This document shows, in pieces, positions 17,793-25,635 of a stretch of 28,095 nucleotides of DNA. The notes beneath the pieces were generated by a model that did no database searches, was not told where the DNA came from, and saw only the letters and a program-made list of their open reading frames with translations. Source of the stretch: Candidatus Thorarchaeota archaeon (GTDB lineage Archaea; Asgardarchaeota; Thorarchaeia; Thorarchaeales; Thorarchaeaceae); the NCBI GenBank assembly GCA_003345595.1, contig PRDI01000059.1, positions 1 to 28,095 of the forward strand. Direction: 5' to 3'. Each line of letters opens with the position of its first letter. The first letter of the stretch is position 1. Both the position numbers and the translations under genes were made by a program.

Positions 17793-18045
17793 CTCGTGAT
17801 ACGAAAGGAAAAGGAATGCGATACATAAGTGTTATTCCAGAATCTGCAACCTGATCGGCTGTCGTCACACAGACACCATTTCAAATGCCATGATCCCTCA
17901 CGCGATTACGGCGTGACGACCCCTTGTTGTCGACCCACTCTTGACTCGTCTCCGCTGAGTCTGAGTCTAGGCAATGCACGGCTCTTGCGTGGTTCGTCTC
18001 TCTCTGTCTTTTTTTTGCTGGCACTGCCGATGGACGATGAGGCTT

Positions 18046-18343
18046 CCCGTTGTCAGAACAAGCCAAGTGGAGACTTCATTACGTTCAGGCATTACCGTCT
18101 TGACCAGAGAGAGTAGCCATTCAGGAGACTGCACTTCCGGTTCGGCTATGACCTCAAGGGTAGATGCACGTTGAATAAAGAATGCCCACATTGCGGAGGC
18201 AGACTCATTGAGAAGCACGAAGAAACCATGGTCGAGGAAGGGAAGACAATGGTGTTCGTGCACTTCCGCTGTGTGAAATGCGGGAAGTGGACAAAGCGGG
18301 AAAAGACCTAGCCGTCAAGATACTCGCTGATGCCTATGCATTA
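18046..18343 (+). repeat. ~300-bp direct repeat, copy 1
   Basis: Aligns by eye with 21190-21488 across the upstream region, zinc-finger gene and about 30 nt downstream. Confidence 0.9.
18171..18311 (+). CDS. 46-aa CPxCG-type zinc-finger microprotein
   Basis: Below the ORF-track cutoff. TTG start: MNKECPHCGGRLIEKHEETMVEEGKTMVFVHFRCVKCGKWTKREKT. Half the differences from copy 2 are silent. Confidence 0.8.
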   Translation: MNKECPHCGGRLIEKHEETMVEEGKTMVFVHFRCVKCGKWTKREKT

Positions 18344-18548
18344 GTTGCTAGGGCAATTGACGAAACCACTGGTCAAACCGGACTCTGCAATCTGCCCTGT
18401 GTTTATCTCGGTGAAGCGTCTGAAGCCGCGCTAATCTCCTATGATTCTACAGAAACGCCTGCAAACTCCACCAGAGAAAGGGAACTCGCTGAGAGGTGGC
18501 TGGGGTCAAATCGAAACCAAGAACACCCAGGCACCTTGCCCTTGCACC

Positions 18549-19709
18549 TCAAATCACGCGCGCCAGCAACTCCATCAGATCACAAACCTGTAGATGCCCA
18601 CCCGACGAATCGGATGAATCCTTCAGGTTTTGCCTGCAGAATGGACATGTAGTAACGAGATACTGTGCTGCGGTCTGCTCGGCTTCCTTGATCCTTTCAT
18701 TCGCGACCTTCAGTGCTGAATCGGGGAAAGCAGACTTCACACCTCCACCAGCACCGCAGCACCACGCATCTTCGCGTGTACGTTCCATCTCAACAAGCTC
18801 CAACCCGGGTATCGATTTGAGGACTCTTCTGGGGGGGTCGTACACACCTGTGTGCCTTCCCAAGTGGCACGGGTCATGGTAAGTGACTTTCGCGTCGATT
18901 CGGCCATTGAGCTGAAGCTTGCCCCTACCTAGCAGGTCCTCAACAAACTCTGAGAAGTGGAGAACCTTCCACGGCATCTCTCCAAGAAGCTTAGGATAGT
19001 CCAGCTTGAGTGTTCTATAGCATCCCGGGCAATGGGTTACAATGGTTTCCACTCCTAGAGACCTAAACAACTCAACGTTATGATTCGCAAGGTCCAATCC
19101 CACATCTCTTGCACCTGTCCTGAAGGCTACTGAGCCGCAGCACCATTCCTTGGGAGCGACCAGAACCTCAACTCCCGCTGCATCCATGACTTGTAGGGAC
19201 GCTCTTGAGATCTCAGGCTGCCTGTATGGAGCTGTGCACCCAGTGAAGTACAGTATCTTGCTTTGTCCTGAAACATCCTTGCCTTGGGGTATCCATTTCA
19301 CTCTGTCTTCATGCTTTTCCATGTACGGATTATGTTCCTTCTTGATCCAATCTAGTATCTCCTTGTGTCGGGGCATTGGTCCGAGCCCGACGTCTGCCAT
19401 ATCGGCTCTGAGGGCCTCAAGAATATCCACCAAGTCCAAATGGATGATCCTATCGCAGATGGTCTCACAGGATCCGCAGAGTGTGCATTCATAGATCCTC
19501 TTGGCGAGCTCAGGAGAGGGGTGCAGTTCTCCATTCATGAGAGCTCTTGCAATGAGAAGCTTCCCCCTAGCTGTTGAAGATTCAAACCTGCCCAAGAATC
19601 GTGAGGGACAACGGTCTTCGAGATAGCCTCCTCCACAGTAACCACATCTCCCACACTTCCAGATTTGGTTGTAATACTCAGAGATCTGCATTACTTTGCC
19701 TCCGTTCAT
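18549..19709 (-). CDS. Fe-S oxidoreductase with two 4Fe-4S motifs and two CCG domains (GlcF/GlpC/HdrD-like)
   Basis: CGRCGYC...CP, CTLCGSCETIC, WCCG twice, CPGC, YHDPCHLGR, CPFC. ATGA overlap with the upstream gene. Confidence 0.92.
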   Translation of the reverse strand: MNGGKVMQISEYYNQIWKCGRCGYCGGGYLEDRCPSRFLGRFESSTARGKLLIARALMNGELHPSPELAKRIYECTLCGSCETICDRIIHLDLVDILEALRADMADVGLGPMPRHKEILDWIKKEHNPYMEKHEDRVKWIPQGKDVSGQSKILYFTGCTAPYRQPEISRASLQVMDAAGVEVLVAPKEWCCGSVAFRTGARDVGLDLANHNVELFRSLGVETIVTHCPGCYRTLKLDYPKLLGEMPWKVLHFSEFVEDLLGRGKLQLNGRIDAKVTYHDPCHLGRHTGVYDPPRRVLKSIPGLELVEMERTREDAWCCGAGGGVKSAFPDSALKVANERIKEAEQTAAQYLVTTCPFCRQNLKDSSDSSGGHLQVCDLMELLARVI

Positions 19710-21127
19710 CGTATCATCTTCCCCGGATTCAGAATGTCGTTAGGGTCCAGCTCCTTCTTCAGTCGCTTAACAAGCTCATACCAGCCACCAAGTCTGGGAA
19801 TCGAGTATTTCGCTAGGAACAGGTGATCGCCCAATCGCCAAGGCATGAAACCTAGCTCAAACCATTTCTTCGTGAGCTCCTCGGCAGTCTCTCTGATACG
19901 AGGGCGCTCTTCCGGGTCAATATAGCGAAACTCCCCGAAGACTCCCCAGCCTCTAGGAATCAACCATCCCCCGAAGCCGGCCTTTGGCGGAGGTATCCAA
20001 CCGTGCTTCTTGATCACGACCTCTTCCCAAACTTCGAAGAATTTGTTTAGCGAGTAGAGTGGACAATATCCGCCGACATAGTCGATTGGGCCCGGCTCGA
20101 AGTAGTCAGTCAGACCACCCCATAGATAGCCGTGATCGCGATGATGAGTCACCTCTGTCTTCTTGGGATCGCCTTCCTTCCCGCCTGCCTTCTCGCAGAT
20201 GTCTCTTATCCTCTCGCAACGAAACTCAAGTTCCTTTTCGGTATAACCATACGTCCAGACCCTGGCTTCTGCTCCCGGTCCAGTTGACACACATCCCCCT
20301 TTGGTGTACTCCAGATGAAAGACCAACTCATCACCTACAGGCCTAGTCACTTCATCACCGACTTTCTCTACGTTTTCCAGTCCCGGGAATTCGAAGAACA
20401 TGTAGGCATCCAATGGAATCGGCGTTACTCTCAGGGTGACCTCGGTGATCACTCCCAGCTCTCCGCCCGAGCCAATGAAGAACTGCGTCAGGTTTGGCCC
20501 TATCCCTCCGCTATCGAAGGGTCGAAGCCCAAGATACTCTACGGCGGCCGTCTTTACTATCTCGCCAGTCGGTAGGACAACCTCGAGGCCCAAGACGTCC
20601 CATCCTAGTCTTCCTCGTTTCGTCACTCCTATTGAACCCGAACCCCTCTTCGTTATGCTAGCTCCAATCGTTATGGCCCGACCACCCATCTCTCTTGGCT
20701 CACATGATAGGCCTAGCTTCTTGAGCTCATTCCGAAGCTTGAACCAGGTACACCCGCCTTGAACGGTTGCGGTCAATTCCCTCTCATCGATCTCTACGAT
20801 CTGATTCAATGAGGTCATGTCCATCAGGATTCCACCCTGCACCGGGAGCCATTCTCCCCAGTGCGAAGTGCCACCACCTCTGACATAGACCGGTATCCTA
20901 TACCGGTTTGCCACTCTAACGATGGTTGAAACCTGGTCTGTCGTGTAGGGTCGGACGACAAACGATGCTCTCTTTTCTGGAGCTGAGCTCAAGTCCCGAG
21001 TGTAGGCCTCAAGGTCAAAGTCCTTGTCAGACACATTCTCCGGTCCAACTATGTTCTCCAAAGTCTTGTAGAGTAATCCATGATCTTCAGTCAAGCTAAA
21101 ACACCTGGTCAAGTCGCCTAGTCGCAT
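19706..21127 (-). CDS. FAD-binding oxidoreductase (GlcD / D-lactate dehydrogenase / VAO family)
   Basis: VRP..TDQVS, RGGGT, VLGLEVVLPTGE, FIGSGGELGVITE, C-terminal LDPNDILNPGK. Alternative TTG start at 21094. Confidence 0.92.
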   Translation of the reverse strand: MRLGDLTRCFSLTEDHGLLYKTLENIVGPENVSDKDFDLEAYTRDLSSAPEKRASFVVRPYTTDQVSTIVRVANRYRIPVYVRGGGTSHWGEWLPVQGGILMDMTSLNQIVEIDERELTATVQGGCTWFKLRNELKKLGLSCEPREMGGRAITIGASITKRGSGSIGVTKRGRLGWDVLGLEVVLPTGEIVKTAAVEYLGLRPFDSGGIGPNLTQFFIGSGGELGVITEVTLRVTPIPLDAYMFFEFPGLENVEKVGDEVTRPVGDELVFHLEYTKGGCVSTGPGAEARVWTYGYTEKELEFRCERIRDICEKAGGKEGDPKKTEVTHHRDHGYLWGGLTDYFEPGPIDYVGGYCPLYSLNKFFEVWEEVVIKKHGWIPPPKAGFGGWLIPRGWGVFGEFRYIDPEERPRIRETAEELTKKWFELGFMPWRLGDHLFLAKYSIPRLGGWYELVKRLKKELDPNDILNPGKMIR

Positions 21128-21189
21128 CTTAAAGCAGAGCGCACACGCCGATATTTAAGTGCCGCGAATGAATGAGAGGAGAGAACTGA

Positions 21190-21488
21190 CCCGATATCGA
21201 AACCAGCTAAGTGGAAGCTTCATTACGTTTGGCCGCCAAGGTCCGGCTGAGAGAGCCAAGCCATCTCGTGAATGAAGTCGCAGATTTGGACCTGACCTCA
21301 ACAGCAGATACCACATTGAACGGAGAATGCCTACATTGTGGGGGCAGACTTATAGAGAAGCATGAAGAAATCATGGTCGAAGAAGGTTAGACAATCGTGT
21401 CTGTGCATTTCCGCTGTGTGAGATGCGGGAAGTGGACAAAGCGGGAGAAGCTCTAACCGTTAGAATGCCCTCTGATGTCTACGCGTTA
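21190..21488 (+). repeat. ~300-bp direct repeat, copy 2
   Basis: Homologous to 18046-18343. Confidence 0.9.
21316..21456 (+). pseudogene. Second zinc-finger microprotein copy with an in-frame TAG at codon 25
   Basis: MNGECLHCGGRLIEKHEEIMVEEG*TIVSVHFRCVRCGKWTKREKL; AAG to TAG at 21388-21390. 119/141 nt identical to copy 1 by manual count. Confidence 0.75.
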
Positions 21489-21587
21489 TAACCACCTCCG
21501 AGCATGCCCAAGCAAGTCTTGATATCCCGAACACTGATTCACCTTCCGAACCCAGTAGTTAATTGACCAGTATCGAGGTTTTTGACA

Positions 21588-21761
21588 TTGGGCATAGGCC
21601 TAGCAAGGTTGGAGATTGAAGTCACCGACTTGATGATGAAGGATAAGGAAGAGATTGCCGACCTCTCTGTTTCGGTCATCATCAACATGAACAATCCCGA
21701 GATAGCTATGCTTCTCAACAAGATCGAGCAAATCCACAGGACAAACGCAATGGCCGCGTAG
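21588..21761 (+). CDS. Small hypothetical protein (57 aa); may be the 5' half of a frameshifted gene ending at 21988
   Basis: GAGGT 8 nt before TTG. MGIGLARLEIEVTDLMMKDKEEIADLSVSVIINMNNPEIAMLLNKIEQIHRTNAMAA; paralogous to 4405. An overlapping frame stays open to 21988. Confidence 0.55.
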   Translation: MGIGLARLEIEVTDLMMKDKEEIADLSVSVIINMNNPEIAMLLNKIEQIHRTNAMAA

Positions 21762-22009
21762 GCGCCTTCTTTGATGAGATTAATCTTTGCGAACCCAATG
21801 ATGTGCTCTTTATCGTAGAGCACGATCGAGGCGTTCTCATGAATTGGCACGTTTCGGGAGAAGAACCCTTAGTTCTCCTGCCTGCCGACGGCGTCTGGAC
21901 AGCAAGCCATCTGTTTGTTCGACTCTTCTTGAACCACGGCGTCCGAAACAAAAGAAAGAAACCTGGAGAAACCCCTGATTGGCGTTGAGGAGATTCTCCA
22001 GTTGGTTGT

Positions 22010-23329
22010 CTACCAGCAATAGATATTCGTGGTTGTAGTCGATGTGCTGGAATAGACAAGTGACCACAACAGGGTCTGCGGGTTGAACGACTCATAAGCC
22101 CAATCAACAGCGGCCGTGATCTTCACGTACCAGCTACCCGTCTTAGGAGCGGGATACTTCCAGGTCAGCGCATGGGTCGCTACTGCATTACTCACGAAAG
22201 GAGGGTCGTAGCCCGAAACGTCGTAGCTCCATCTCATGAGGGTCGAGTAGTCACTCCCGCCGGTCGCAGAGGGATCAGCTGTCAGAAGTGCGGACCTCAG
22301 AAAATCGAATAGAATCGTAGTGCCGCCCGCTGAACCAGCGTGAAGCGCACCCCCGGAGAGAGCGCTGTTCCCTACTCCAGCCGCACCGGCGACAGCTCCA
22401 ATGCCGAACATTAGTGCCAACTGGGCAATCGCTAACAGCATATCTAGGCCTGCCTGCGCTTCAACTGGATCGAAGTACAAGTCCTGGTCGTTGCCCTGTG
22501 AATAGCCGTCAGTGGTGAGTGAAGCCCAGCGAGTCCCAACATACTGGTCAGTTTCCCACCACCACCAGACCTGATGGATTGGCATCAGATCCACGGCGAT
22601 GCTTACTCGCTGCACGTGGTACGTCCTATCCGATGTCTCAGATTGTGCCCTGAGGCCTATGTCGAGTTGGATGTAGTTCCAGTTATAGATTGAATCCGCC
22701 CAAGCGTTATGAACCCCTCCGACTAGAATCAGGTCGCCCTTCGTTGTGTCGACAACTTTCTTGTCGAACACAGTCAACACGGCATTGTCTACATAGACCT
22801 TAGTGCCACCATCGCCGCCTGCGCCATCTTGCCCGACAATCTGGACTTCAAGAGAGCTGACAGTTGAGGGCAGATTCTCCACGACCGCTTTGACACTAGT
22901 CCACGGCAGGACGCCGTCGCTACTCTGATGGATCCAGTCGCTTGGTGCCGTGATCCCGTTGTACTTCACAACGGCCTTAGCCATGTCATCGCTGTAGGTA
23001 CTCTTGAAGAAGAACGAGAACTGCACAGAACGTCCTTGTACCTGCTGTCGTACCGATGACGAAAGCACTTGCTTGATGGCCACAGGGTCACCAGCAGCGT
23101 CCGTCCCACGTCCGGCACTCGAGCTAGAAAGGCCGCTCCCGGTAATGGTTGTCCATGACCCGGATATCACGGTCCAAGAGCTAGGCGGAGTCCCGCCAGT
23201 TTCAAAGTTGTAGTTCGCTATTGGCGCGTACGCGCCAATTACAGACAGATTTGCTGCGACCTGCATGGGCATCAGAAGAATCATGAATGCCACTGCAGAC
23301 ACTGACAGCAAAGCAACATTACGTTTCAT
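22010..23329 (-). CDS. Secreted protein with an N-terminal CBM-like domain and a Gly/Ala-rich hydrophobic segment
   Basis: Signal peptide MKRNVALLSVSAVAFMILLMPMQVAA behind GGGGTGA. NYNFETG...W...VYVDNAVL brackets a galactose-binding-like beta-sandwich. Confidence 0.75.
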   Translation of the reverse strand: MKRNVALLSVSAVAFMILLMPMQVAANLSVIGAYAPIANYNFETGGTPPSSWTVISGSWTTITGSGLSSSSAGRGTDAAGDPVAIKQVLSSSVRQQVQGRSVQFSFFFKSTYSDDMAKAVVKYNGITAPSDWIHQSSDGVLPWTSVKAVVENLPSTVSSLEVQIVGQDGAGGDGGTKVYVDNAVLTVFDKKVVDTTKGDLILVGGVHNAWADSIYNWNYIQLDIGLRAQSETSDRTYHVQRVSIAVDLMPIHQVWWWWETDQYVGTRWASLTTDGYSQGNDQDLYFDPVEAQAGLDMLLAIAQLALMFGIGAVAGAAGVGNSALSGGALHAGSAGGTTILFDFLRSALLTADPSATGGSDYSTLMRWSYDVSGYDPPFVSNAVATHALTWKYPAPKTGSWYVKITAAVDWAYESFNPQTLLWSLVYSSTSTTTTNIYCW

Positions 23330-23540
23330 TTCCCCGAAATCACCCCAGGACGCATACCAATGCGCCCTATCAATCTGGATAGCGTTTCTTCTAATAAACT
23401 CCATGGAATTCGATGGACTCTAGCCGGAACAAGTGGAGATGACGACCTTGAAGCCTTACCCGTTCGCCAAGAGTAGGCACAGCTCAACGATGGCCACATG
23501 CCTTCCCGGATTTCTACGATGAGATCACTACAACCTGATC

Positions 23541-23933
23541 CTATCTACGGTAATAATAGAATGCAGATATACCTGCAAACGCGACAGCTCCAATCCATAT
23601 TACTGCAAGAGCGAGAGAGGCATCAGGAGAAACGTTGGTGGCAGAAAGACCGACGATTGCAATCGGAATCCCATATAGAACGAAAGCAAATCCGTTGCGA
23701 GCTGACTTGTCTGAGACCTGTATGGCACGTTCGTCTCGAAGTCTCGCCCGGTATATCATGAACCCCATCATTACTGAAATCCATACTATCCCCCCAGAGA
23801 GGTAGACAAGAGAGAAAGGGTACCACGAAGATGGGAAAACGAAACTGATGATCAATCCTGCAAGGAACCAAGAAAAGGCTAGAACGACTAGCATAACAAC
23901 AAGCGATCTATTTGTTGTCGTTGGTTCAGTCAT
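23541..23933 (-). CDS. DUF2178-like 4-TM membrane protein
   Basis: RDERAIQVSDKSARNGF motif, ends FYYYRR. Start MTEPTT behind GGAGGTGA. Confidence 0.78.
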   Translation of the reverse strand: MTEPTTTNRSLVVMLVVLAFSWFLAGLIISFVFPSSWYPFSLVYLSGGIVWISVMMGFMIYRARLRDERAIQVSDKSARNGFAFVLYGIPIAIVGLSATNVSPDASLALAVIWIGAVAFAGISAFYYYRR

Positions 23934-23937
23934 TGGC

Positions 23938-24309
23938 TCACCTCCTATAGTAATAGAACAGAGACACGTATAGTATGACAAGTGATGATATCCATGGTAC
24001 AAAGATCAGACCTGCTGCAATCTGAAGTGTGACCTCTTCCACCCGAATGAGCACGAGAGAACTCAAGGGAAGAATGATCAACAGAAAGACAAAGGCATTG
24101 CGCGCTGCAAGACTCATGATCAGCCTGAACCGTTCATCTTGAAATCGCCGCATATAGGTGACACCAAGAACACCCCCGACCGCACCTCCGAGGCCCCCAA
24201 AGATGTCACTCATAGATGATAGGCCCAGAATCCATAGTATGGCAAGCACTGCCACGACTATCACCACAGCACTGAGAATTGCCAGTAGACTACGATTCAT
24301 TCTTTTCAC
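23938..24309 (-). CDS. DUF2178-like 4-TM membrane protein (paralogue)
   Basis: QDERFRLIMSLAARNAF motif, ends FYYYRR. Confidence 0.78.
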   Translation of the reverse strand: MKRMNRSLLAILSAVVIVVAVLAILWILGLSSMSDIFGGLGGAVGGVLGVTYMRRFQDERFRLIMSLAARNAFVFLLIILPLSSLVLIRVEEVTLQIAAGLIFVPWISSLVILYVSLFYYYRR

Positions 24310-24535
24310 CCCGAAGCTCGAATATATCCTCTATCTTCATCTCGAACAGGTGTGCCAGCTTGAACGCAAGTGCAAGAGAAGGGTTGTAGGTGCCCTTCTC
24401 CATTGAAATGATCGTCTGCCTTGTGACTCCAAGACGCTTCGCGAGACCCTCCTGTGTCCACAACTCAGGCGTTTCTGATTCATTCATCTTGGCCTCACGA
24501 AGTTCTCGCAATCTATTCGTGATCAAGTCAGCCAC
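24290..24535 (-). CDS. XRE-family helix-turn-helix transcriptional regulator
   Basis: NRLRELRE...TQEGLAKRLGVTRQTIISMEKGTYNPSLALAFKLAHLF..IEDIF. Confidence 0.93.
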   Translation of the reverse strand: MADLITNRLRELREAKMNESETPELWTQEGLAKRLGVTRQTIISMEKGTYNPSLALAFKLAHLFEMKIEDIFELRGEKNES

Positions 24536-24544
24536 CAGTTCTGA

Positions 24545-24585
24545 TGTAAGGTCTGTTTTACGTAAAGTAGACTTTACATTTAAGG
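24545..24585 (-). promoter_or_regulatory. Double palindromic operator and TATA box of the XRE operon
   Basis: GTAAGGTCTGTTTTAC (24546-24561) and GTAAAGTAGACTTTAC (24562-24577) together form a 34-bp inverted repeat directly downstream of minus-strand CCTTAAAT. Confidence 0.75.
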
Positions 24586-24644
24586 CTTTGGTCTACCGAA
24601 ACCTATCTTATGTAATCACAGGCCGCCCCTCACTCCGAGGGGAT

Positions 24645-25610
24645 CTAGAACCATTGGATTCTCTTCGTGAAACCTTCGAACCACCGGGGGAGTCCTTTCC
24701 GGTTTCTCAGGGACTCGTGAGCCATCAGGATGACCATATCATCTACACGCAGAAAGAAACTATATGCAACCAGCAAGGGAGAGATGTCCAGACTCTGAAG
24801 CTGATTGGAGCTCAGGTCGAGTTCCTGCAGATTAGTGCAGCCTGACAGAGGAGCCAGGTCCACACTCTGCAGTGAATTCTCGGACAGGTCGAGCTTCTGC
24901 AGACTGGTGCATCTGGAAAGAGAAGAGAGATCTACACTCAGAAGCTGATTGGAGCATAGATGGAGCTCCTGCAGATTGATGCACCCTGACAGAGGGGCCA
25001 AGTCTACTCTCTGTAGGGGGTTCTCGGACAGGTCGAGCGTTTCCAGACCGGTGCAGCTTGACAAAGGAGAGAGGACCACTTTCTTGAGATGGTTGGAGGA
25101 GAGGGCGAGTGTCTGCAAGCTGATGCAGTCTGACAGGGGAGTCAGGTCCACGCTTTGCAGCTGGTTCTCGGACAGGTTGAGCGTCTCCAGACTTGTGCAG
25201 CCAGACAGAGGAGAAAGGTCCACAATCTGGAGCTTGTTCGAGGGCAGGACGAGTCGCTTCAGGCTCGTGCAGCTTGACAGAGGAATCAAGTCCACACGCT
25301 GGAGTTGGTCACTGAACAGGTTGAGTATCTGCAAGTTGGTGCAGTAGATGAGGGGGGAGAGATCTACGTTTCTCAGCTTCTTGCCTTTCAGAGTTATCGC
25401 TTTCACATCAACCTTGAGATGTTTGATTTCAACCCTTCCGTCCTCGGTGACGCACTTCAGCTCAATTCTCTTGGGCAGAGTAGAACCCTCCCGATATCTG
25501 GCGGCCGCTCCTTGATGGGTCTTGCGTTTGTTGTCCAAGAATACGTGATAATTGTCTTCTGCCGTGAAGAACGCAATGCTAGTGGCATGAGAAAGACATG
25601 CAGTTGGCAT
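24645..25610 (-). CDS. Leucine-rich repeat protein
   Basis: Nine 24-aa repeats LxxLxLxxNxLxxVDLxPLxxCxx, the first degenerate. Start uncertain; may be near 25478. Confidence 0.9.
   Translation of the reverse strand: MPTACLSHATSIAFFTAEDNYHVFLDNKRKTHQGAAARYREGSTLPKRIELKCVTEDGRVEIKHLKVDVKAITLKGKKLRNVDLSPLIYCTNLQILNLFSDQLQRVDLIPLSSCTSLKRLVLPSNKLQIVDLSPLSGCTSLETLNLSENQLQSVDLTPLSDCISLQTLALSSNHLKKVVLSPLSSCTGLETLDLSENPLQRVDLAPLSGCINLQELHLCSNQLLSVDLSSLSRCTSLQKLDLSENSLQSVDLAPLSGCTNLQELDLSSNQLQSLDISPLLVAYSFFLRVDDMVILMAHESLRNRKGLPRWFEGFTKRIQWF
24774..25406 (-). repeat. 72-nt-period coding repeats (LRR units)
   Basis: Recurrent ttctcggacagg and ctgacagagg blocks; 24-aa periodicity in the translation. 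Confidence 0.9.
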
Positions 25611-25635
25611 TCGTTGACAGGAAAACTAGAACACA

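Noticed and set aside
18030-18311. TAG readthrough joining MDDEASR...RE* to the zinc-finger ORF (same frame)
   Set aside because: In repeat copy 2 the upstream segment is out of frame by one base, so the fusion is not conserved.
21023-21033. TTGTCAGACAC, a fifth copy of the operator-like motif
   Set aside because: Lies inside the glcD-like coding sequence and may be chance; not counted, though it is near the gene's 5' end.
18046-21488. Composite transposon or IS element
   Set aside because: No transposase, terminal inverted repeats or target-site duplication recognised.
21539-21850. 103-aa minus-strand ORF
   Set aside because: The plus-strand frame has the RBS and the conserved paralogue at 4405, so this ORF is probably its shadow.
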